This document shows positions 34,034 to 42,563 of a stretch of DNA of 58,533 nt, one piece after another; the stretch's first letter is position 1, and the number at the start of each line of letters is the position of its first letter. Both the position numbers and the translations under genes were made by a program. The DNA lies in IMG/VR virus record IMGVR_UViG_3300045988_162556, one strand, 5' to 3'. The notes below the pieces were generated by a model. The model was not told the DNA's origin. It saw nothing but the letters and a program-made list of their open reading frames with translations, and made no database searches. This DNA comes from a virus.

Positions 34034-34516
34034 AGCTATAATGTTTTAAGGTGTTTCAAAAAAAAGCCCGCGCGCCGTCACACACAAACATCCACGTCAA
34101 CCAAAACCTACCAACCTCCAAATCAGCACGCGGGCATGAAGCAGGCTTTGCGCTATGCAAATAATGAAAAACTACTAAATTACCCTGATTGGAAAGAACG
34201 TGTGCACAAAGCCTGCATTAGAGCCTGTGAAGGCGATCAAACCCGCACAGGCATAATAATGCTTTATTTATCCCGGTGGTCCTCGCCGCTCATGTCATCG
34301 CAGCTTCGGAACCTATGCCAGTCTTTTGCGCGTTCAAGCTATTCGCTCTTGCGGGGCTATCACTTCGAGCCTTGCCCACGGCCCGCCGATAACGCTATTA
34401 TCGGCCTAACGGATCGCTTTATACCTTGCGGCGGGGTTACTGCCAGCGATCAAACCCCTCACCTATTCGGGTGGCTTAGGTCCCGCGCTGCCGATCAAAG
34501 CAGCGCGGAAATATTT
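34034..34516 (-). other. GC-rich, hairpin-dense 483-nt intergenic element (candidate large ncRNA, leader, or ori/pac-type DNA element)
   Basis: No credible minus-strand ORF. Many stems are present, including three hairpins with TTTGATCG-containing loops. The element ends in GCCCGCGTGC...GCGCGCGGGC followed by T8, just upstream of the 34033 ATG. Confidence 0.45.
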
Positions 34517-34930
34517 TTATAGCATACTCTGAATGCGCTCTTTGTCCCATCCTGAGATGCGGCCATACTCATCAATATTCATTATGATGCAATCTCCATA
34601 ACCAGATTCTTCAGGACAAAGGACGTTGGGGACATACTCATTGGCAAAATGCCTAATTACATTACCTTTTGAATCAATTAGACTATAAACTCCATCATCA
34701 CATACTTTATAATCTACGCTTGCTTTTACGCCTTGCGGCCAATCGACAATAATTCCCTTGTCAATATCAATATTGATGATCCAGCGGCCGCTTTTGGAAA
34801 ATGGCATTGCAGGGTAGTTTGGATCATCAGTTACCCCATTGACAGATCCATCATCCCAATATCGCACTCCAGCGTTTACTTTGAGAATCTTTACATCAAC
34901 CTCTTGTGGCTGCATAACAATAACCTTCAT
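34517..34930 (-). CDS. Hypothetical protein
   Basis: 137-aa ORF. Confidence 0.5.
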   Translation of the reverse strand: MKVIVMQPQEVDVKILKVNAGVRYWDDGSVNGVTDDPNYPAMPFSKSGRWIINIDIDKGIIVDWPQGVKASVDYKVCDDGVYSLIDSKGNVIRHFANEYVPNVLCPEESGYGDCIIMNIDEYGRISGWDKERIQSML

Positions 34931-34945
34931 GACTTTTATTTTGGT

Positions 34946-35308
34946 TTAGTTCTCTATTAACTCTTCTACCCTGAACGCCCGGCCACGGCGTGGGCTTCTT
35001 AACCTGCGGCACTCGAAATCGGTACTGAACACTTCGACCGAGAACAGACAGAGAAGTATCGCCGCCCCTATTCTCCGGGTCATTTCGGACACGTTCAGGG
35101 AGATGCCGAAGTTCACCGTGAAATACCATGTAACAAGCGCCTGCAAGGTCCGTTTGGTCCCCGTCTTATCATAGATGCTCTGGAGATGATTCGCTACACA
35201 TTGGTATATGACGTTCATCCGATCTGCGATCTCGCGGGCCGAGTATCCCAGCACGACGAGGTTCATTACTTCACGCTCGCGCTTGCTCAGTATGGCGTCG
35301 GTTTTCAT
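34946..35308 (-). CDS. LuxR-type HTH regulator with a C-terminal hydrophobic segment
   Basis: SKREREVMNLVVLGYSAREIADRMNVIYQCVANHLQSIYDKTG. Start set at MKTDAIL (35308). Confidence 0.6.
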   Translation of the reverse strand: MKTDAILSKREREVMNLVVLGYSAREIADRMNVIYQCVANHLQSIYDKTGTKRTLQALVTWYFTVNFGISLNVSEMTRRIGAAILLCLFSVEVFSTDFECRRLRSPRRGRAFRVEELIEN

Positions 35309-35310
35309 TG

Positions 35311-35553
35311 CTATGCCAGCCCCCAAGGCTCTTTGATCCCGTAGTTGGTAAAGGTTTCTTCGATGCCTTTGCGCTCAAAATCCGTATGCTCCAGATTACC
35401 ATTCGCCCGATAGCACAAGGCTTGAGGGGTAATATTACCAAGCCCCCGGCGTAAATCCTCCCGAATCATAGTCCCTATTTTGCCCGGCATTTTATCTGCA
35501 ACGGCGAGACCTTTTGTAAAGGCGTTTTCTTGTATCTTTTCGTCCGTCATCAT
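35311..35553 (-). CDS. First gene of the leftward early operon (hypothetical, in the Cro position)
   Basis: 80-aa ORF divergent from the HTH gene at 35761. Confidence 0.45.
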   Translation of the reverse strand: MMTDEKIQENAFTKGLAVADKMPGKIGTMIREDLRRGLGNITPQALCYRANGNLEHTDFERKGIEETFTNYGIKEPWGLA

Positions 35554-35760
35554 TGTTTTATTTCTATTTTATTTGGTTATTTCTGCGTTTTTTGTATAAC
35601 TTTACATTGTTTATACTTCAAACCTATTTTAACTTTGCACTTGCATTAGGTTTGACATTGCAAATATACTAAACTATTCGAGTGCATCACTACAATAGTG
35701 AAGTATTTTTTAATAAAATAATTTTATAGCATTCCAAAATATTATAGACAGATTACCTTC
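35554..35760. promoter_or_regulatory. Divergent early/lysogeny switch region
   Basis: A 207-bp AT-rich gap between divergent genes. It has a plus-strand TAACTTTG -7-like box, a minus-strand TATATTTG box (35660-35667), the inverted repeat AAACCTA...TAGGTTT, and TTGCA half-sites. Confidence 0.5.
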
Positions 35761-36147
35761 ATGCCTGATAAACTGATAGATAAGGCCGTAGAATTACTAC
35801 GAAGCACACAAGACACTCCGTATAAAATCGCCAAAGCGACTGGATTGTCACAAACAATTATCGGCAAATGGAAGAAAGGAGAAGGCAAGCCGAGTAGAGC
35901 AAATGCCAGATACATACTCCAATATTTTGGCATACCCAACATAGAAGACCAACCTATCAGCCAAGGAGGCGAAGACGTCACGCTGCCGAAAGCTGAAACA
36001 AACAACTTAGATACTATGGAGAGAATGAAATTCTTTGAAGCTCTCGAACGACGAGATCAGGAAGTATCCAGACTGATCACCATCATCGAGAAGATGCAAG
36101 GCATCACGCAAGGGGCAGAATCGGCTGCCCAAAAAAAAGAGGCGTAG
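35761..36147 (+). CDS. CI/Cro-like HTH regulator
   Basis: TPYKIAKATGLSQTIIGKWKKGEGKPSRANARYILQYFGI is an XRE-type HTH. The C-terminal part is helical. Confidence 0.6.
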   Translation: MPDKLIDKAVELLRSTQDTPYKIAKATGLSQTIIGKWKKGEGKPSRANARYILQYFGIPNIEDQPISQGGEDVTLPKAETNNLDTMERMKFFEALERRDQEVSRLITIIEKMQGITQGAESAAQKKEA

Positions 36148-36413
36148 CGGTATTCTAATTAGCCTTATTCCATCTCCATTAGAGCGAAAGAAATATGACA
36201 AAATTAAACCGTCTAAAATAAGCTCCATATAGCGAGCAACACACTTAAAGGAGATTACGGTCTCCTTAAAAAACGGCCGAGGCGTCAGTAGGCCAAAACA
36301 TAAAAACTTCGGATTATTTCAATAGCACAAATATTTTTTACTCTTTTCTCACCATTTCATTTCGAGATAGGACAAATTCACCACAAAATTAACAGTGCTC
36401 AATATTGTTACAG

Positions 36414-36666
36414 ATGATACAAAGTATTTATGATTTTTTCGAATTAGATATTAAGGACATTTTCAAATATTCTCCTCAATTATATACCTGAAATAAGATT
36501 TAAACCAATTGAGCAGGCAATAAGGGAAGACAAGATAGATTATGCTAAGTTGGGTCAATCGTTGCTTGCCCAAAGGTCCTGCATGTCATCTACAACAAAA
36601 GGAGAAGATGCAACGAATCGAATCATTATTGAATCAGGTGATCTTAAACCCGAAAATGCCGCATAA
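36414..36666 (+). pseudogene. Possible frameshifted small gene immediately upstream of the SecB-like gene
   Basis: The ATG at 36414 opens a 25-codon frame that stops at 36489..36491. The +1 frame is open from 36448 to TAA at 36664, with no ATG before 36583, and reads ...FKPIEQAIREDKIDYAKLGQSLLAQ...IIIESGDLKPENAA. It ends 3 nt before the SecB-like ATG. Confidence 0.25.
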
Positions 36667-36669
36667 AGT

Positions 36670-37137
36670 ATGTTAGCAAAACCCTCAGAATTAGAAATAC
36701 GAGAATTTTCGATACTAAGAAGTAAATGCACTTTCCAACCCGTTACTGAGGTATCCGGCGATATGTCATGTAATGAATTAATGGCTCGCTACCCTATTGA
36801 CATAGATTTTGACATACATCAGAATAAAGAGGAAGGGGTTTACTTTGTCTTTGTATCTGTTAAGATAAACCCGGACAATCAGGCCGGGTACAGCATAATG
36901 GCGGAAGGGTGCGGAGTTTTCAATATGAATACCAAAGTGGATGAAGACACCCAACTGGATGCTTTAGTACTTCACTCCGGCGTCAACATATGTATTACGA
37001 ACCTGAGAGCCTATATTGCAAATATGACTGCATCATATCCGATGGGTAAGTATAATTTTCATCTTATTGACATGATGGATCTACTCAACAACAAAAGGCT
37101 TCAGGTTGCAGGAGAAAGTGAAGAAGAGAAGAAATAA
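36670..37137 (+). CDS. SecB-like chaperone
   Basis: 155 aa. The layout parallels E. coli SecB from memory: LEIREFSILRSKCTFQP / GVYFVFVSVKI...GYSIMAEGCGVF / ICITNLRAYIANMTASYPMGKYNFHLIDMMDLL, plus an acidic tail. It lies in an AT-rich islet. Confidence 0.5.
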   Translation: MLAKPSELEIREFSILRSKCTFQPVTEVSGDMSCNELMARYPIDIDFDIHQNKEEGVYFVFVSVKINPDNQAGYSIMAEGCGVFNMNTKVDEDTQLDALVLHSGVNICITNLRAYIANMTASYPMGKYNFHLIDMMDLLNNKRLQVAGESEEEKK

Positions 37138-37162
37138 CCCCCTCCAACATTATATTTCTTTG

Positions 37163-37188
37163 GCCTCGGATAATCCGGGGCTTTTTTT
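37163..37188 (+). terminator. Rho-independent terminator
   Basis: GCCTCGG-ATAAT-CCGGGGC followed by TTTTTTT. Confidence 0.7.
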
Positions 37189-37418
37189 GTACCTTTTGAA
37201 CAATATTACCCACCAAAATAAGATTTTCCCTATAGCAAAACACAAACCTTTTGAACAATTTACCGTCTTTAGAATAAAAGTGCAAAAAAAATCTGAAAAT
37301 TTTTCGCCAAACTCTTGCATAATGTGCCGAACGTGCACACCTTTGTCCCAGATGCTTGTGATGGCGCAAGCAACGGACACAATCGGAAATACCTTTTTGT
37401 TGGAGTTACGTGATTAGG

Positions 37419-37455
37419 AAGTCTGTTGGCCGTCATGCGCCAGCAGACTTTTTTC
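37419..37455 (+). terminator. Strong Rho-independent terminator
   Basis: AAGTCTGTTGGC / GCCAGCAGACTT forms a 12-bp stem with one G-U pair, followed by TTTTTT. Confidence 0.75.
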
Positions 37456-37457
37456 TT

Positions 37458-37727
37458 ATGACTCGAAAGGCAAAAGGATTGGTACCACAGGATGACAGGG
37501 GCAACATCACGCTGTTTATGAACCGTGACGAATTGATGATCGCCATAAACGCAACGGCATTACGCTGCAAGAAATTTATTCGTCACGAAATACTCGCCAA
37601 ACGACAGGGAATACAGACAGACAATAAGTATACCCAGAAGATGGCACAACACCATACGGACGGGAAAAACTTTTTCACTCCGCCTTTTGGTAATTCACGG
37701 GACCGCAACAACCTTTGCTCTGAATAA
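37458..37727 (+). CDS. Hypothetical protein (start set after the terminator; the 3' end overlaps late promoter copy 1)
   Basis: Track ORF 37410..37727 trimmed to MTRKAKG. Confidence 0.3.
   Translation: MTRKAKGLVPQDDRGNITLFMNRDELMIAINATALRCKKFIRHEILAKRQGIQTDNKYTQKMAQHHTDGKNFFTPPFGNSRDRNNLCSE
37686..37724 (+). promoter_or_regulatory. Conserved late-promoter element, copy 1 (upstream of terS)
   Basis: TTTGGTAATTCACGGGACCGCAACAACCTTTGCTCTGAA. This gives -33 TTTG, a 20-nt spacer and the -7 variant AACCTTTG, 10 nt before the ATG. Confidence 0.6.
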
Positions 37728-37733
37728 TATATC

Positions 37734-38348
37734 ATGGCAAAAGGTCTTACCATAAAACAGGAGAAGTTTTGCAACAAGTACCTCGAATGCGGAAATGCGT
37801 CCGAGGCTTACCGCTTTGCGTATGACTGCTCGAAGATGAGTGATGATTCTGTTTGGTGCAACGCCTCGCAATTGTTATCCGACACAAAGGTAACACAAAG
37901 GGTCAAAGAGCTGCAGACCGAATTGCAGAAGGCAAGCGACATATCCAAAGAGCGGGTATTGGAAGAACTCGGCGCAATACTGGAAGCCCGCATAACAGAC
38001 TATGTAAATCTGGTTACAGAGCGGGTCCCCCTGCCCCAAAGCAAACGCGAGAAGAAGGCAGGGGTTCCCGTCGAATATACAGAAGTTCAAAAACTTGTTT
38101 TCAAGGACTTCGACCAGCTCACTGACAGGCAGGTCCGAGCCATTGAGAGCATCAAGGAGGGGAAGAACGGGATCGAGCTAAAGTTGCATGGCAAATCATG
38201 GACCATCGAGCGCATATCCAAAATGCTGGGCTATGATGCGCCCGTAAAAACAGCCAACACTGACAGCAAGGGAAATGACATTCCCCAGCCTACCTTCAGT
38301 ACAGAGCGTCTATTCCAGTTAATCAAGGAGAGTGGAGGCAATGAATGA
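37734..38348 (+). CDS. terS: Terminase small subunit
   Basis: LTIKQEKFCNKYLECGNASEAYRFAY is the Terminase_2-type N-terminus. The gene precedes terL. Confidence 0.8.
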   Translation: MAKGLTIKQEKFCNKYLECGNASEAYRFAYDCSKMSDDSVWCNASQLLSDTKVTQRVKELQTELQKASDISKERVLEELGAILEARITDYVNLVTERVPLPQSKREKKAGVPVEYTEVQKLVFKDFDQLTDRQVRAIESIKEGKNGIELKLHGKSWTIERISKMLGYDAPVKTANTDSKGNDIPQPTFSTERLFQLIKESGGNE

Positions 38349-39765
38349 TTACTCAGGAGTCGGTGATCTCTTGATAAAAGAGGGTTGTTTGGCATTCACA
38401 GCTGTAATGTTTGAAGCAGTGAATAAACAGCCTTTCCGCATAGCCCCTCATCACCGCGTAATATGCCACAAGCTCGACCAAGTACTCCGGGGAGAACATC
38501 CCACCAATAGGTTGATGTTTAATATTCCTCCACGGCATTCAAAAACAGAATTGGCCGTAGTATCCTTCTCTTCGCTCGGATTTGCAATAAATCCCCGCTC
38601 CGAATTTATACACCTTTCAAGCAGTGACCAGCTCACCACTCGAAATGTCACAAACATCCGGAGAATTATGGAGGACCCCAACTATCGCGCTTTCTTTCCA
38701 CAGGTAGAGCTTTCCAACAATGCCAAAGGAAGCATCTCAACCTCTGACGGAGGTGTCATGTATGCAGCGCCCTTTATGGGTCAGATCACCGGCTTTGGAT
38801 GCGGTAAATTGGGTGCCCAAGACTTTAGCGGCGCAATGTGCATAGATGATCCGATGAAAGCTCAGGACAGCTGCTCAAGCACGACCAAGGCACGCATCGG
38901 AGAGTTGTGGACATCCACATTCAAGAACCGCCTTAACGATGTGCGCACACCCGTTATTGTAACCGCTCAAAGACTCGCCGTGGATGATTTCTGCGGATAC
39001 TTATTGGAATTGGAGGGCACAATTGAAGAGGGAGGAGAATGGGATGTCATCAAATTCCCTGCAATTGTAGATGACGGATTGCCCACTGAGCATGCACTAT
39101 GGGAAGGCCGATTTGCGCTGGATAAATTAAAGAGGTATCGGGAATCGGACCCATTTACCTTTGAAACACAATACATGCAGAATCCCAAGCCTATTGAGGG
39201 ACTCATGTATCGGGAGTTTCGGACATACGACGTTATACCATACTCCCAAAGCACTATCCATAAGAACTATACGGATACCGCAGACACGGGAAGCGATTAT
39301 CTATGCTCCATCTGCTACGATGAACTTCCGGAGGGAAATTACGTAACGGATGTGCTGTATACTAAAAAACCAATGGAGTATACAGAACCCAAAACGGCGG
39401 AGATGCTCGCAAAAAACAAAACCGAAATAGCGAATATCGAAAGCAATAACGGGGGCCGAGGATTTGCCCGCAACGTTGAGCGAATTTTACGGGAAATGAA
39501 CATTACCCGAACTACTATAAGCTGCTTCACTCAGACGGCTAACAAGCAAGTGCGCATTTTCACCAAGTCGGCAGACGTCAATAACATCACTTACTTCCCC
39601 ACAGGTTGGGATAAACGATGGCCGGAATTTTACCGCGCTATTACAGGATACATGAAGGAGGGTGGGAATGCCAATGACGATGCCCCGGATGCGCTCACCG
39701 GGTGTTATGAAAAACGCAGTACTCCTTTACGTGATGATGATTTGAACGATATTAATATTTGGTAA
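38341..39765 (+). CDS. terL: Terminase large subunit
   Basis: PPRHSKTE (Walker A-like), MCIDDP (Walker B) and the C-terminal nuclease acidic motif DTADTGSDY. The ATG at 38341 overlaps the terS end. Confidence 0.9.
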   Translation: MNDYSGVGDLLIKEGCLAFTAVMFEAVNKQPFRIAPHHRVICHKLDQVLRGEHPTNRLMFNIPPRHSKTELAVVSFSSLGFAINPRSEFIHLSSSDQLTTRNVTNIRRIMEDPNYRAFFPQVELSNNAKGSISTSDGGVMYAAPFMGQITGFGCGKLGAQDFSGAMCIDDPMKAQDSCSSTTKARIGELWTSTFKNRLNDVRTPVIVTAQRLAVDDFCGYLLELEGTIEEGGEWDVIKFPAIVDDGLPTEHALWEGRFALDKLKRYRESDPFTFETQYMQNPKPIEGLMYREFRTYDVIPYSQSTIHKNYTDTADTGSDYLCSICYDELPEGNYVTDVLYTKKPMEYTEPKTAEMLAKNKTEIANIESNNGGRGFARNVERILREMNITRTTISCFTQTANKQVRIFTKSADVNNITYFPTGWDKRWPEFYRAITGYMKEGGNANDDAPDALTGCYEKRSTPLRDDDLNDINIW

Positions 39766-39767
39766 CG

Positions 39768-41237
39768 ATGAACTTTATTGACCGCCTATTTACCTATTTC
39801 CAGAATAAGACACTCAACGCTTTGGGAGTTGAGCGTGATTTGATGGACCTCATAAAGGCAAAAGATATCAGTCAAGCAATGTCCTTGATGGAAGATCACG
39901 ACCCGGAAGCAGTAAAAGCGATCTGCGAGTACAATCCGGAACTTCATGCCATAATGAAGCGGCAGGACAAAACGAGAAAAGGACAACGCGATTATCGAAC
40001 GGAGAAACTGCCTCGCACGCGCCAACGCTATATCAATGAGGTAGAACTATTCTTTTTGTTGGGCAACCCTATTAAGTGGAAGTCATCCGACGAATCGGGA
40101 GACGCTGATGCTTTCGCCGCGTATAAACAATTCCTCCGCGATTTAAGGTTTGACAGTAATATGAGACAGGCAAAGCGACTTGCTGGAGCCGAAACGCAGA
40201 GTGCAAAATTGTATCACATATACAGAAATGAGATCACAGGTCTGCCGGAGGTTAAAGTAGTCGTACTTTCCAAGTCCAAAGGGCATACTTTACGCCCTAT
40301 GTTCGATCAGTATGGGAATTTGCTTGCATTTGGATATGGGTATTATTTGAAAGAAGGAACGGGCACTATAGAGCATTTTGACATTCATACCCCCACCTTC
40401 ATATTTCGGGGGAGGAAGGCCAAGATAGGATGGGATGTAGTGCCGATTGTAAATCCAACAGGCAAAATAAATATCATTTATTATAGGCAGGAAACAGCTT
40501 GGAGTGGATTGCAGCCCCGTATTGACAGGGAGGAGGATATTGACTCGAAAACCGCTGATACAAATAATTATTTCGCAGACCCAATAGCCGCTGCCACAAC
40601 AGACGTCATCAAAAGCCTGCCCAAAACAGATCAGCCCGGAAAGGTAATACAGTTAAACAGCAAAGAAGACAAGTTTGAATATATAGAGCCGCCGACTTCC
40701 TCCGAGACGCGCCAGCAGGAAAAAACAGATTTAAAGGAGTCCATCCTCTTCGACACCTTCACGCCCGAATTTACACCCGAAAAGATGGTTGGACTGGGAA
40801 CCTTGTCAGGCGATGCCATAAAAAGGGCAATGGTGCTTGGATATATTAAGCGTGATAATCGCAAGGAGATATACGACGAACTCGTCGATCGGGAAAAGAA
40901 CCTCATTCTGGCGATTATGATGAATGTAACTCATATCAAGATGAGAGACAAACTCGCCACCCTCAAGATCGAGCATGAATTTTCGGAGCCATTCAGTGAG
41001 GATGTCGCCGCTCGGTGGAAATCCATTGGCCAAGCCTATAATGACGGAATTCTTTCACTCGAAGAGGCTGTCAACCTAATGGGCGTGGCCGACAATCCAC
41101 AAGAGGAAATAGACCGACTGAAAACAGCATTGGGTCGTTCGGAATCCATCTCAAGCGGAGAAGAGTCAGAAACAAACCAATCGAACAATAATCCATCAAC
41201 AACAAGTGATTTTACGGAAGAAAAATCGAACGTTTAG
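39768..41237 (+). CDS. Portal protein
   Basis: About 490 aa, directly after terL. The track start at 39759 is TTG, so the ATG at 39768 is preferred. Confidence 0.75.
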   Translation: MNFIDRLFTYFQNKTLNALGVERDLMDLIKAKDISQAMSLMEDHDPEAVKAICEYNPELHAIMKRQDKTRKGQRDYRTEKLPRTRQRYINEVELFFLLGNPIKWKSSDESGDADAFAAYKQFLRDLRFDSNMRQAKRLAGAETQSAKLYHIYRNEITGLPEVKVVVLSKSKGHTLRPMFDQYGNLLAFGYGYYLKEGTGTIEHFDIHTPTFIFRGRKAKIGWDVVPIVNPTGKINIIYYRQETAWSGLQPRIDREEDIDSKTADTNNYFADPIAAATTDVIKSLPKTDQPGKVIQLNSKEDKFEYIEPPTSSETRQQEKTDLKESILFDTFTPEFTPEKMVGLGTLSGDAIKRAMVLGYIKRDNRKEIYDELVDREKNLILAIMMNVTHIKMRDKLATLKIEHEFSEPFSEDVAARWKSIGQAYNDGILSLEEAVNLMGVADNPQEEIDRLKTALGRSESISSGEESETNQSNNNPSTTSDFTEEKSNV

Positions 41238-41264
41238 AACAATCAATAAAAAATCACGCTCATT

Positions 41265-41303
41265 TTTGGTAATTCACGTGACCGTCGAAACCTTTGCCTT
41301 GAA
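41265..41303 (+). promoter_or_regulatory. Conserved late-promoter element, copy 2
   Basis: TTTGGTAATTCACGTGACCGTCGAAACCTTTGCCTTGAA, 13 nt before the 41316 ATG. Confidence 0.6.
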
Positions 41304-41315
41304 GCAAATAATTTA

Positions 41316-41978
41316 ATGAATATGAAAGATAAACTTTTGGCATTGCTCCAAACCAAATTTCAGGGGGTGGACAATGCAATTCTCGACCGAATCGCAACGA
41401 AGAAGTCTGAGAATGTATCGGACGAAGCGCAATTGACTACCATCGCGGAGGGAATTAGCTTTCAGGACGTGCTGACCAGCTACGGCGATTACCGCGCAGG
41501 GGATGCCTCGCAGACCGCAGTCAAAAACTACGAAAAGCGACATAACCTGAAAGAAGGGAAGCCTATCGAGCAGCCTGCCGCCGGGGACAGGCAGGTAAAA
41601 CTTACCTCCCCAAGCGAAGAACCTGAGTGGTTCAAGGCTTACAAGCGTGAGCAGGAAGAGCGTGAGAATGCTATACGAGCAAAATACGACGCTCTGGAAG
41701 CCATGCGTGCAAAAGCCGAGCGCGACTCGATTTTTCGCGCAGCAGCCAAAGAAGCTAACATCAAGGACTCGGTGCTGGAAGACATCTTAGGACTCGCAGC
41801 CGCGATGAGTGAGGAGAATCCTGACAAATCAAAGCTGCAGGAGAAATTTGCAGCCATACAGACACGAGTCGTAGCAGCAGGGCTTGAGGGAAAGGAATCG
41901 GCATTCCCCCTCTCCACATCCGAAGGCCAAAGCAAAGAGGAGGCAAAGGCGTGGGCTGAAAACTTGCCGGATGCATAA
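41316..41978 (+). CDS. Putative scaffolding protein
   Basis: 220 aa, highly charged and helical, located between the portal and capsid genes. Confidence 0.5.
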   Translation: MNMKDKLLALLQTKFQGVDNAILDRIATKKSENVSDEAQLTTIAEGISFQDVLTSYGDYRAGDASQTAVKNYEKRHNLKEGKPIEQPAAGDRQVKLTSPSEEPEWFKAYKREQEERENAIRAKYDALEAMRAKAERDSIFRAAAKEANIKDSVLEDILGLAAAMSEENPDKSKLQEKFAAIQTRVVAAGLEGKESAFPLSTSEGQSKEEAKAWAENLPDA

Positions 41979-41994
41979 CAAAATCTAAAAAGAA

Positions 41995-42558
41995 ATGGCT
42001 ATCAAATTCGAAAAGACCCAAATTAAAGGCGGGTTCCCCGTGTTCTGGCGTGGGGAATGCGAGGTGCTTCCGGGAGACTTCAAACTCAAAGGAACCTATC
42101 CGGAAGGGATGAAACTCAAGGAAGGAACCCCGATCAAGATCGATTTCGAGAACATGGAATGTACGATCTGCAAATCTGCGCGCATCGTCGAGGGCGGAAC
42201 CACGACAAAGCCGCGTGTGGTGAAAGGGTCCATGTTCCAAGCAAACGACGCCGTCAAAATCGGTGAATCCACCGGGACAATCAAAAGCATCAGCACCACC
42301 AACGAATCCTACGACGAGATTACACTCAACGCTGCAATGGCCGAGGCGATTGCCGGCGCGGATCTGCTTGGAGGTGACGAGCTGCCCGATGCTGTTATTG
42401 AGACCACCAAAGAATACACCACGACAAACGGATTCCCCACTGTGTCGGCGGCATATGGGGCCAGAATCCTTAAGGACGTGGCATATCCGGTGCCCGATGC
42501 GTGGCTGCAAGGCTACAGCATGAAAAACAACCCTGAAATCAAGTACATCAGACAGTAA
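41995..42558 (+). CDS. Capsid-associated protein (decoration or head-fibre candidate)
   Basis: 187-aa ORF directly upstream of the major capsid gene. Confidence 0.35.
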   Translation: MAIKFEKTQIKGGFPVFWRGECEVLPGDFKLKGTYPEGMKLKEGTPIKIDFENMECTICKSARIVEGGTTTKPRVVKGSMFQANDAVKIGESTGTIKSISTTNESYDEITLNAAMAEAIAGADLLGGDELPDAVIETTKEYTTTNGFPTVSAAYGARILKDVAYPVPDAWLQGYSMKNNPEIKYIRQ

Positions 42559-42563
42559 AGAAA

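Noticed and set aside
33839-34522. 227-aa plus-strand ORF spanning the structured intergenic element and the antisense of 33737..34033.
   Set aside because: The composition (R/S/L/C-rich) is typical of non-coding GC-rich sequence. It is antisense to a good gene for a third of its length and is isolated on the wrong strand of the early region. It remains the main alternative to the ncRNA/DNA-element reading and is listed as the refutation test there.
37085-37417. ORFs 37085..37369 (minus), 37106..37417 (plus) and 37150..37380 (minus) in the AT-rich spacer after the SecB-like gene.
   Set aside because: They overlap one another, span two clear terminators, have low-complexity K/F/I-rich translations, and show no start-site context.
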